This document shows positions 1 through 12,335 of a stretch of 64,000 bases of DNA, one piece after another. The notes under the pieces are model-generated. The model was not told the origin of the DNA and ran no database searches. It saw nothing but the letters and a program-made list of their open reading frames with translations. Position numbers and translations under genes: made by a program. This DNA comes from Strigamia acuminata (taxonomy: Eukaryota). Within the stretch, counting starts at the first letter, position 1. Each line of letters starts with the position of its first letter. The stretch lies in assembly GCA_949358305.1 (NCBI GenBank), contig OX442314.1, positions 28,334,001 through 28,398,000 on the forward strand. Reading direction: 5' to 3'.

Positions 1-522
1 AACCTGATTTTTGAAGGTTTTCACAAATCCTTCGACGGCACCATTTGTTGCGGGGTGGTACGGCGGCGAAAGAGTGTGACGAATACCGTTGACAGCCAAA
101 AATTTACGAAATTCTTGTGACGTGAACTGAGGTCCATTGTCGGTGTGGAAATGCAACAGCAATCCATGGGACTCGAACCAAGACTTCACAATATGAGGCA
201 ATTTAGCACCATCCGAGCGCGGGCGCAACTGATCCACGTGACGGCTCCAAACAACGTCCAATGCGACCTCGATGTCGTACGTAGTTGAGGACGTTTTACG
301 ACAAACAATTCCAGGAACCCAACGTTTGGTACCTCGATAATCACGAGCGAACACCAAGTCGTTTACTTCGAAATGTCGTGGCGTTTTGGTTTGTCCAGTG
401 TCGGGCAACAACCTCGGGTTTAAAAGATGCAACCTGGAGCGCATTTCCCGATTTGTAAACGCCAAAGCAGCTGAAATGTTAGTTGTGGCATGCGGAGTGG
501 AGCGATATGAAGCAAGAAAATG

Positions 523-1079
523 CTACACAGCGTCCGACAACGAAAAACTTACAGCCAACAACTTGTCAACCTGATTTTTGAAGGTTTTCACAAATCCTTC
601 GACGGCACCATTTGTTGCGGGGTGGTACGGCGGCGAAAGAGTGTGACGAATACCGTTGACAGCCAAAAATTTACGAAATTCTTGTGACGTGAACTGAGGT
701 CCATTGTCGGTGTGGAAATGCAACAGCAATCCATGGGACTCGAACCAAGACTTCACGACAGCAATGGTGGCAGCAGCTGTGGTGGTAGACATCGCGCGCA
801 CTTCACACCATTTGGATTTTGCGTCAACGGCCAGTAGAAACATCGAGTTGTGGAAAGGACCAGCAAAATCCAGGTGCACTCGACCCCACACCTGATCAGG
901 GACAGGCCATTTAACGGTGTTAGTCTTTGGGGGAGCGGGCAGGCTTCGCTGGCAAACATCACAACTTTTGATCGTGCGCTCGATATCTGCAACGATTCCA
1001 GGCCACCAAACCGTGGCGCGAGCCAACGATTTAGTACGGACAATACCGTAGTGACCAGCGTGGAGTTCGATGAGAACCG
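523..1079 (-). pseudogene. Gypsy integrase (H2C2 and rve core)
   Basis: LHAGHYG..VWWPG..CDVCQ, HLDFAGP, TDNGPQF, HPATNGAVE. Confidence 0.9.
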
Positions 1080-1655
1080 TGTGACTGGTATGGTCTCGCC
1101 AATGTAACTAGGGGACTAATAACACTGGGTAGGGACGCATACATCACGTAATAATAACGAGACTCCCACAATATTGGTTGGTTGGCCTTTATTGTCGTTG
1201 TCTAGGGGTATGGGGAATCCTGCTACCCGTTGCAGGGGTGCTCGAAGGCACGCCGCACCGGCAACCGACCCGTCACACACTGGGCATGAGTCCAATGTGT
1301 GACGTGGTCGGTTCAACTTTACATTCATGCTGTACTTACCTACAGCCCGCAGTGACCACTCATGGAGGCTGTATTGGGTGGAGAACCCAGATACTGAGCA
1401 TCGCTGTGGTGAATGGGAAGGAGATGCAGAGTCCTCACAGCCGGGACAACCTTGTCCCCTCGATGACTACAACTGGAACTCTTACCACACGACCGTCCTG
1501 GTCGGTGTCCGCACTCTCTCTACATCTCCTCCCACACCACTCCGCTCCCTCCTTCCCCCGGGCTAGATCACTTTCCCCAATCAGGGGGTGATCTTGGGGC
1601 CGCACGGTGGTGTGTGGCAGTGACGTGGGTCACCCCAGGTGGCCAGACGGTCACA
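1080..1655. mobile_element. Solo LTR inserted in the Gypsy pol gene
   Basis: TGTGAC..GTCACA ends with 4-bp TSD ACCG. Removing it restores IPSAVQRSVLIELHAGH. Confidence 0.85.
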
Positions 1656-1691
1656 ACCGAGCGCTGAACAGCAGAAGGAATCACCAATCTG

Positions 1692-2522
1692 TCAGATAAA
1701 AATAAAAAAATTGTCGTAAGTAGAAAATGATTCACGGTGCTTGAAATATAAATTCAAGTTCGATGATTTCGATTCCCATCCAGTTCGAACGTGGTGCAAT
1801 ACGGATTGCAGAACCTCGTCAGCTGCTAAAGCAGCTTTCAATGAAGCGGTGGACATTGGAAAATCTGTAATGGAGGTCGAAAATATCGAATTAATTCCAA
1901 TGTCCAAATCCTCTTTGCCATCAACAACTGGTTGCGGATTCCGGGACAAGCCGTCAGCGACAGCATTGTCTGCAGCGGGCACGTGCTCGATAACGTAATC
2001 GTAGGCAGAGAGAAAAACTGCCCAGCGGTGTAGCCTCGCTGCCACAACCTGGTTGCACCTCTTCTTATCTCCAAAAATTGAGACAAGGGGTTTGTGGTCG
2101 GTGCGCAAGAAGAATTTACGACCAAACAAATAGTGGTGGAACTTGCGAATGGCATAAATAATGGCCAAGCCCTCACGCTCTATTTGTGCGTAATTCTTCT
2201 GCGCAGCCGACAACAACGAACTGGCAAAAGCTATCGGTTTGTGGACGCCATCTGAACCTAAATGGGAGAGAAAAGCACCAACTCCAACTGGAGAGGCGTC
2301 AACCGTTAGAAACAACTTTTTGGATTGGTCAAAATGCGCCAGTGCCGATTCAACAGACACTGCGACTTTAACCGCTTTCCAAGCCGACTCATGCTCCTCT
2401 TTCCATTCCCATTTGATGTCATCTCGAGTCAAGCGGTACAATGGCTCAAGCAGGGTGGAAAGATTCGCGATGAAGCGACCATAATAATTTACAAGGCCCA
2501 AAAAAGATTTCAACGACAACAC
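1692..2522 (-). pseudogene. Gypsy RT connection and RNase H
   Basis: SFLGLVNYY, VDASPVGVGA, YAQIEREGLA, TDHKPL, NAVADGLSR. Confidence 0.9.
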
Positions 2523-2642
2523 GTCGGATGGGTGAGTCGCCTCACGTAAAGGGGCGAGTTTTGAATCGATGGGGGAAATACCATTCTTCGAAATATTAAA
2601 ACCAAGGAATTGTACAACCTGTTAGAGAAAACGACACTTCCT

Positions 2643-4625
2643 TCAATTCAGGGTCAAACCGGCTTTCAGGAACGTGTGTAGAAACTTGTCCAAGTTTTTT
2701 AAATGCACTGCATTTGTTCCGCCGGTCAGCGCCGAATCATCGATAAAAGGTTGTGTGCTTTCAATCTTAGCAGTCAGGATGTCCATCTCCCTCTGGAAAA
2801 TCGCTGGAGCGGACGAAATGCCGTAGAATAGCCGGTTGACCCTGAAAAGACCAAGGTGGGTATTAATTGTACAACATAATTGGGATTCAGGATCTAATTC
2901 GATTTGGTTGTATGCCGAAGTCATGTCAAGAATAGAATAAGTTTCCCCCCCGGATAACTTAGTGGTGATATCAGCAAACAAAGGAAGCAGGTAGGAGTTT
3001 GGGAGAATAGCTTTGTTGATTGTTCTGTTGTAGCAACCAGCCAACTTAATTGTTCCATCTGACTTCTTGACGTGCATCACTGGAGTTGCCCAACGTGATG
3101 ACGCGACCGGTGTGATTATGCCCAGCGACTGGAGTCTCTCCAATTCGGCCTCGACAAGCGACTTCATGGCGATAGGGACTGGATACGCTTTCAAGAAGAT
3201 AGGCTGCACGGCAGGATCGATGTCGATGTGGGCCTGTGACGTGTTCAAGCAGCCAATTTTGTCCCGGAACACGCGTTCGTATTTCAGCAGTAAGGCGTCC
3301 AATTCTGATTGCGTGGCGGCATCGAGGACAGCGGCTTCGGGAGCGATCATGTCCACTTTATTTATCTTAGCGCCAACAGCTTCTGCAGCTTTCGACAGCA
3401 AACCAAACATGCAGAGCCAACCTCGTCCCAACAGCGGTACAGGACCATCCCGTGCGATGCAGAGCGGCAAAAGGAAATTACGATTCTTGTACGTGACTGG
3501 AACCTCGATCACTCCCTCCATCGGAATTTGATGTCCAGTATACGTCGTCATGCCGCACGGAATGGTCTGCAAGGGGAAACGAGAGAAAAATTTTAAATAA
3601 GTGTCCAAATTAATAATTGATGCGCTGGCACCCGTATCCAACTCCATGTCCAAGTCCACACCGTCGATACGTACGGTGACAAAGACTGACTGCACTCGAG
3701 GCAAATGGACCGAGTTTACCACCTGCTTGTGCTGAGTCTGGACACGATAGAATGTCAAATCGTCCAAAACGTCTACTGAATGAGTTGGAGCGTGGTTCTG
3801 GACTGGTGCGCGACAGATAGGACGAATGTGTCCCGTTTTGCCACAACCGTGGCACTTGGCGTCTTTGAAACGGCACGTCTCGCGAGAATGGTCATTCCTG
3901 CCGCACGATGCACACGCAGAAGCATTTCCCTGCTTTCGGGATGATTGCTGCGGGGCCGTGAACGATGAGGTGCCCTTCGTCGAGCGTTTTCCACCCCACT
4001 TCTTGTTGTTATTGTGGCGTGGTCTGGAATCGTTGACTTTATTCACTTGTGCAGATGAAGCTGGTTTCGCAGCAATTTCGGAAAACTCCTTGTGTGAGAT
4101 CTCCGCCGACGCCGCAAATTCAACCGCCTCATCGAAAGTCAAATTCTCCTTCAAGGTGAGAGCTTGCTGGACCTGCTCATTTTTTAGTCCACACAAGAAA
4201 CGATTCCGCAATTCATCCGACTTATTTGCGAACTTGCAATTTTGCGCCAATTCCTGCAAAGCCATTGAATACTCCAGCACCGTCTCGCCCTGTAGTCGAT
4301 CGCGATGGTGGAACCGTCGGATTTCAGCCAGAACGAGCGGCTTAGGACGTGCATTTTTCTGCGTTAGGGCGATTAGATCCGCGTATTTGACTTCATCAGG
4401 TCTCTTCGGAGCGGCTAGGGTAACCAACTGCTTGAAAGTCGGCATACCCACGTACGATAGCAGCGTATGGACTTTCTCTTCATCGTCGACAATTTTATTG
4501 CACTTAAATATGCTATTCATCCGCATACAGTACAGTTCCCAGTCGTCTGCTGGGTCGTACTCTTTCGGTGTGCCTTTAAGCGACGACATATTGGTCAAAA
4601 GGCGATCACGAGCACGAAAAATCAA
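2643..4625 (-). pseudogene. Gypsy Gag-protease-RT
   Basis: 660-aa ORF ending in a premature TGA. The frame continues (KCRFL*QVVQFLG) into the RT/RNase H ORF. Confidence 0.9.
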
Positions 4626-5326
4626 AAAACAGGCAACTAGGCCTAACGAGAAGACGCGTGGTCAGCGATGGTCCGAAGTTGGTCAAAAAGTTCGCAAAGT
4701 TCTCAAAAAAGCACAAATTTCACATTTACCGCATGGATTGTTGTAGATCGAATCATACTCGTCGCCAATATTGTGTTCTTTAAGTTGATTGTTGTGGATA
4801 TGTCGGAGTAAGAAGAAAGACGGCCATGTTGGTTAAGGAAATTAACATAAGTGATTTATTCAAAAAAGATAAAAATAGGTGGCGCTGAGAACAGCGCATC
4901 ATAACAAATAAAATGGTCGATTGACCAATGGAGTCAAACACTCCAGAAAGCACTGACATAAGCCCCTTGCTTAAAGTTAATCAAAATAAATGGACTACTT
5001 AATAAAATACGTCGTAAATTACGTCATGTGCGAAATACATGGTCAAACAGATTTTTCTAAACTAATTTGAAACCACCTACTTAAATTTTAAATGATTAGA
5101 CAGGCATTAAAATTCTAACTATTTCCCTACATTATATTAAACAGTTAAAACTATTCTAGTTTTTCTAGAGGCAACACAGAGAAGTGTTAAACACCAAAAC
5201 GAAAGGTGTTGTACTATAAAACTGTAGCTATTTTTATCTACAGATTGTTTCAGTCACTGAAACTAGATAAACACTGTGCAAGTGCAGTAAATGATACTCC
5301 GTAATTAATAATTGGAAAGCTGCATT

Positions 5327-8300
5327 TTAGGTAACTTCAGATTTGATGCTCTCAATTAGCATCTGGCTTTTTTAACTCGAGAATATGATAAGAAGTGTTA
5401 TTTTAGATTAATTCTGAGTACCATAAACTGATTTACTATCTTTTGCAAGAATTGAAAGACCAATCATTAGTGCAAAAGAATTTCCAACATCGCAACACAA
5501 TGCAACTGCAGTGTAGGATAATATTTGTGTGATCTGTTCAATTATGTTATTCAGTGGACTTATAGCAAGAACATTGAGTAGATATGCTTTAGGATGTTGA
5601 AAGTAAACGTAAGTGTCAAATATTTGTTCTTCACAAGGAGGATGACATCCACAGTCTTTTGTTACGTCAACTTTTAAGGAATTCTTCATGAATAGTCGTA
5701 ATGAAGAAATTGCTTCTTCAGCATTTGCACATGAATTACTTGTTACATTATCCAAAAATGGTAGTCTAAAATTATAAAGACTTATTACAACCCGGTGCAG
5801 TAACTCATGGTGTCATCCCCTTCAACTTTTCCCATGGACCTCCTCCGAGTCCTCTTGTACCAACCTAAACAGACTCTTTAGTTATGTTTGTAAATTTAGA
5901 TTCTAAATTTACAAATGACTAAAAAAAAGGACAATAGAATTTGAGATAGACACACGACAATCTTATTTTGCATTCTGATTGAATGGTGTAAGCCAGTGCA
6001 GTCCATACTCCCTGAACTCTGGGAAAGAATTTTTATTTTTAACTATAGAACTCCTGGATGCAATTATACAGTATTACAATGTATTTTGAAATGGATTAAC
6101 TTTTACAATACATGATTGGTAATGCATTTTCTAATACATTTTTGCATGCTGTTGGTTGGAAATAAGAATACATTTTTGAAAATGTATTTTTAACTATTCA
6201 CATGTTAAGACTAAATTAACGTTATGCCAATTCTGCAATATTCTCGTCTGGTTTTTTGCATAAAGCTCCAGAAGTCCTGGATTTTGAGGGCCCAACCGGC
6301 AACATGCTCAAATTCAATTGTGTGAAAAAGTTACAACTCACTTGCATCGAACAGAATTATAAATATTTTTTTCATAACATTCATCCTGGCATCGTTTGTA
6401 TTTGTCAGGGTCAAGACAAGGTTGTGCTCGTAAGTTTAATCGAACTGTCTAAAATAGAGCCAAAGTTTCAACAGTTTATACAGTATGTAATAATCTGATT
6501 ATTACTTTAAGCATTTTAAATGTAATAATGATGAAAGTGTTATCGACAACACTTCTTCTACTTCTGAGAATTGATGGTATTTGAGCATCATTTTGTTGAA
6601 AGTATATCTATGAAAAAAATTACGATTTACCACAATTTCTACATTTATACTCATAAGTAAAAATATGAGCAGTTCCTGTGTGCTATTTACACCCGTGAAA
6701 CAACCATCCATGTTCATTTACCATAACATGACTTTCCTTAAAACTATCATTACCGTAGTTATGTTATGATTACCAAATACTCAAAGTGGTTAAAAAAATT
6801 TGAAAACTATTTGAATAATGAGTTAGTTGCTACTATTCTTGACAAAAGTGTTAATTGAAACGTGATAGGTGCATTAATTGACGTGTACACGAATTATACA
6901 TTACTTCATACTCATGCTGATTACATATTTGATCCTGCAATGGTAGCAGCTTGAAAAATATTATTGAGGCAAGTCCGGTAAATTTCATTGGAGCTGTAAC
7001 ATGCTCATATTAATATTGTAAGTACAATTTATCTAAAATGACAATTTATGTACCGATGTCAGATTGAAAGCATGTTCCAGTTGGCATAGCTATTTTACTC
7101 CACGTTACATTAGTTCTTACTCCAGCAGCCTGCGGAAACATTTATGATCAACTTTCACATAAATAACACAGGTTTGTAGATTAAACAATTCTATTTATTA
7201 AAAAGTGCAACCTGATTTTGAAACCTTCTCAAAAAATTAATTCTGTTATGTACAGAAAATGTAACCCACTGTAACCCACTAAGAAAATAACATCCCAGAA
7301 CAACAGAATTTACCTTAATTATGTTATTATTATTTTCTCTTCTACATTCTGCCTAACACATCCACTTCATTAGTATAAATTTTATTTGGTTTATAAACCT
7401 TTCGTGATTTGACGATACGTTATGTGTTTTCATGATGGGTCCACACTTGCGGAACATCGCGATTTTGAGGCAAGTATCCGCAATGTATATGCAGATGTGA
7501 ACCCATCTTTAGTGGAATACTTACCACAGTAGCAGTGCTCATTGCTACTTTATCCATCACAGGCGTTTGGAATCGCCACACATCTTCTATTGACAGTTTT
7601 TTATGATTTTTAGTTATGTTCATTAAATTAATAAAATGAATCTTGCATTCATTCATGCCTATTTCTTTAGCATATGTGTGCCTGTACTTAGTCATTAATG
7701 GTCCATCCATACATGCTATTAAATTAGGTAAATACAATGTGTGATTTTCTTGAATAATTACCACATATCTTGTCGGCTCACGTATATATAATGTGATTCT
7801 TTCTTTGCTTACATAAACTGCCAATATCGCAGAAGTAACTATAAGAATTAAATTCAATGTAGATTGCAGTAGAAGTTTTTTTTGTGGCCGCTGCATCACA
7901 CCTCGTGAATCACCTTTCTTTTTGTCGATGACCAAATGCATTTGTTTAGTAGTTTTCTTTTTTATGCTCCCTTTAAGTTGAGCAGGTCTGATGTATTTAG
8001 ACAAAATGAGAAGAAACATTTGTGCAATTTCAATTAAAGACAGAAGAGAAAATCCCAAAGAGAATCCCAAATTGCCCCCAAAATCAATCAATAAGTTTGG
8101 AATGGTGTAAATGTAGGTTTCTGTCATTCTGACAAACAATTCTTCCAATACTTTAAAATTGAGACTTATTAGATCTTTGCCATTTAGTTCATCTTGAAAA
8201 TCTAACTTAAAACATAATAATTTTGAGAATTATGCATAAACATAGAAGATATTATTGTTTAACTTGTATCAGAATAGGCTATAAACAAATAAACATTCTG

Positions 8301-10951
8301 TTCACAAGGTCTCAAGCAACCACATTCATACGATGGCAGTGTATTCTTTTCATGGAAAAGTGCTTCCTCATACATTTCAGCCACAATTGATTTGTTTGAC
8401 TCTAAACTGCAATCCATCAAATTTTTGTTGGACATAAAAGGCAACCTGGTAAGCCAAAAATCTATGAGTTTATCAATATTTAGATGGTGCATGCATTTAG
8501 ACCTGCATCGTTGATCAATTTTTTTTCTCACACAATCTTCGTAGCATTGGGTTTCCTTTTTCTTATCCGGTTCACAATAGGGAAATCTCGAAGCTAAAAA
8601 TTTATACTACCAAGAAACATATGCAGCATTACACTTTTGGTGATCCATCACAATAACAAGATTAAAAAGCTGATATCTGATATATTCCAACTTATAGACT
8701 TTTGTGATGCGCTACAAATTTTACAATAAGGGGAATCAGAAAAGAAATTTAAATACTTAACTGGTTAAGTACTAAAGTGTGGATATGCAACTGAGCATGC
8801 CCAGAACATTTTTTAAAGTTTGTTTTTACACACTAACTTAAAACACAGGCTGCTAAACACTTAAGCAGTTAAGTGTTTAGCAGCAAATACAAATACAACA
8901 GCTTACACTTCGAATAAAAAATTGAGTTTGAGATTCAAATCCTGACGTCACCACGAAAGTGAATTGGTAAGACATAACGCTAATTATCGTTATCGCCTAA
9001 TATTTAATTGTGTAAAAATAAAAGTATAAGTTACAAACTCCAATAAAATAGTAAATGATGAGATTCTTACCGAAATCTGTGGATTGACACAGTTGGTTCT
9101 ATTCGTTTTATAGAGTATGTGAAATTTCATATTGGGTGCTAATTTTCGATCTATAGATTCAGCCAAAAATATTAAAACTTCAAAATTATTTAATTTTGTT
9201 TTTATTTCTAACCAGAAGTAAAGACCAAAGATCGTCCAATTACATCATTTCGATAGCTTAGTGAAATTTCTGTCTTATCCTTTCTAGAAATTCCTTCCTT
9301 AATTGTTGTTTCATGCAATACAGTTTTGCCCTGAAAAGTTATACGATTACAGATGTAATTCAGCAGATTACTTGTTGTGACCCCAAATGTCCTTTTTTAT
9401 TGGAATATGTTGAGAATAAGAAATTAATGATTTAATTTTCTGATGTGTTAAATGAATTGTTTTACAGTCCCTTTAATTATTTGGAAATGCTGGAAGTGAC
9501 TAATTTGAGGAATCTATTTATTTTAGTGTTTCTAACAAGTTATTGGATCTTTTCATTGTATAATAGTGTTTAAAATAATTTATATTTGTTCTGCACCGGT
9601 TGTGCTTTTGGGCAATTTGCACAAAAGCCGTTGCCACTGCCCTGGTAATTTGAGCCCTGGATTGGGAGGTTGCTAGGGCAAAACTCCAATTTGCACCGTT
9701 TCTAGGGCCAAAGCGTGCCGCGCAGCCCCCCCTTGTTAGCCCTTCTTAGGAATTAAACCTAGGTTTTTGTGTCGCTAAAATGACATGTTTGCTAAAATGG
9801 TGTGTCGCTAAAGTAAAATCGCTAAAATGAAATCGCTAAAATGAAGTACATCCGTGCCGAGATACGATCTGCACTTGGCTTTCACGTTGTGGACAAGAAC
9901 AGGGGAAAGAATAATTTTTATTCCCCATACTATAAAAAAAATTATACCACCATGTCCATGAATTTACTGTCATTTACTGTCATCTCCATGAATAAAATTG
10001 AACAATTCCGGTCCTACTAACATTTGCTTTGAATTGTTATTTTTCATAATAATTTTTACAAGGGTGAATACTTGTGATGACAACTGTAGGATTCTGGGTT
10101 TCAGCATCAGTGACCAATTCCCTGGCATCCCATCCTTGCCCAGAATATGGAATAATTCAGACACGAGCTCATGATTTAGTGTCTACAGTAACTTCACTGC
10201 TTGTTTTACACAAGAGAGGTCTTGTTGCTACTATCTAACAGAGGAGCAACTCTTTATTGTTTCTTTCCCTGGCGAACCGTTGCTAAAGAAAAAATATGAA
10301 ATTTGCATGAAGACATCAGTGACTGTATTGGTAGCAATATAACCCTAACTTTTATCATTACAGACTAACAATTACATGAACCATTTCATGTGGTGACAAT
10401 ACATAATATCAACATAATATCCCACCCAGTATTAAAAAAATAATAGGATTAAATACCTGTCTTATCTTGACGTGCAGTAAATTGCTTGAAATGTTGCTTT
10501 TTAACCAAAGATCTGTATAATTCTCAATTTTCACTGCTGCAGAAATCATTCCTCGCAGTGGCAAAATACAAACATGTAATCTTTCAAATATGCCTTGCAC
10601 TGTAGAATCTTCTGGCATTTTTTCCCAGTATTCGGACAAAGATCCGGTATCGAGACCAAAGAACCTTATTTCTGGGAACGTCATTTCACCTATTGGAACA
10701 TATTCAATTTCAACTTTGAAATGTCCATCAAAGTAGAATTAGATTCTTTCCGTTGTTTGGTAACAACAAATGGTGCCACAAACGATCAAAACAACGAACC
10801 AAACTGCCCGGACTAAACTTCTTTTTTTTTTGTTGAAAACATTATCAATAAACTTCAAACTATCATTGCCGGACAGGGAAGTTTGCATTTCTTGCCGTAC
10901 AAAACGACGAATATGGCTTCGACGAAGCCTAAGAACTTTCACCACAGTCAT
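5327..10951 (-). pseudogene. Double-domain DEG/ENaC gene, copy A, pseudogene
   Basis: CAA>TAA stop at codon 71 (10739-10741) where paralogs have ERIQFYF. 17-bp frameshifting deletion near 5448 in TM2 of domain 2. Last acceptor CAG changed to GAG. Confidence 0.85.
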
Positions 10952-12335
10952 TTTGCATCAAATTCTACTGTGATAATGAGAATGACAACCTCGGACAAAC
11001 TCGTGTCTACGCTCAAACTATAATTTTTCAAACTATAATTTTTAATTATAGTTCACATTTTTCAAAGTATAATTTTTAATTATAGTTTACATCTCTATGA
11101 AAATCAATTGGTGTCTTTTGCATAAAGAAATCAATGAATATAAATAATTCATTTCTTTTAAAATTCAGCTGCATTGAGAACATGAATTGAAAATTCTTAG
11201 GATTGATTTTTTTTATAACCAGTACATGAATTACTAAGAAACCGTATTTCTTCGAATTAAAGTCGCCCTCGATTACAAGTCGTGACAAAAATTCAGTATG
11301 TGGAATACATGTCGCTATCGATCTTAATATTCAAAGAATTTCACAAAAACAATTTCTTACTGCTTCATGTAATATCTTTTGAACGCAAAATTTATTTAGG
11401 TATTTCAGCTGTAAAATACAAGTACAATAAAACAGAACTTGTTGATAATAAAAAAACGTGCCAATTTTGAACAACATGTTAACATAATTTCCACATTGGC
11501 GCTCTGAAGCTGCGTCCACAGAACGGACGCACCTAACAATTTCAACTAAAAGTCAACCTCGATTAGAACTCGTGGCAAAAAATTGCATTTCCAATTATAA
11601 GCCGTAACTTTTAATCAAAAGAAATACGGTACTAATAAGTGCGTTCAATTTTTTAAAGAAGAAGACGTATCTACTTTTTTCCCTTTCAGATAAACGCATA
11701 ATTTGTCAACCAAATGTCCTTTATTAACTAGGCTGGCCATCAGTCATAAAAGACCACGTTAAAAAATTTGATTTAAAGAATTATTTGTTATAACAAAACA
11801 AATAATTTTATGATACACTCTAATAAGTCCTTGTTCTGATCAATTTTGATCACACGACTCAAAATTGATGTCCTTATTTAGGCTGCTGAACCGGAAAGCA
11901 ATTTTGAAAAATACTACTAGTTTTTACTTGAAAAACAGCGTGTATTATGGTCACTACAAAGTAAAAAACACAATTTTATTAATTTTAGTGTGCATAACGT
12001 GTATTATAGCGTGTATTACAGACGTATAATTTATCCAGTGATCGGTTCTTTATGAAATTTTAATGAATTTTTTTTCTGTAAGAAAATGTTGTTATGTTGC
12101 TAAGAGAACGAATGTGATATGCACGGAACGACTTGGAGAGAACTGATTTTATTCAAATAAACATGTGGGTTATATACACAAAATACATGGAAACGTCACA
12201 TGGACGTTTCCGGTCAGTTTTGACCAATGGGGTCAACATCCAACACACCCACTCAACACGGATGTATCGTGGACGTTTTGTAGCGATGCGGGAATGTTTG
12301 ATATTCCAACACACCCACTCAAACTTTCACGCTCT

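Larger units (their letters stand above)
1..4940 (-). mobile_element. Decayed Ty3/Gypsy (Mag/K02A2.6-like) LTR retrotransposon, 3' end outside the window
   Basis: Gag with two CCHC knuckles, protease LDTGAS, RT (LDMTSAY, FIDD), RNase H (VDASP, TDHKPL), integrase (HLDFAGP, TDNGPQF). Two in-frame stops near 2620-2645. PBS TGGCGACGAG (tRNA-Ser-like) near 4757-4767. Probable 5' LTR about 4772-4940. Confidence 0.92.

Noticed and set aside
3826..4746. 306-aa plus-strand ORF
   Set aside because: Antisense shadow of Gypsy gag, with no recognisable motifs.
8849..8884. Short hairpin GCTGCTAAACACTTAA..TTAAGTGTTTAGCAGC in intron 4 of copy A
   Set aside because: Too short to classify. Probably a transposon scar.
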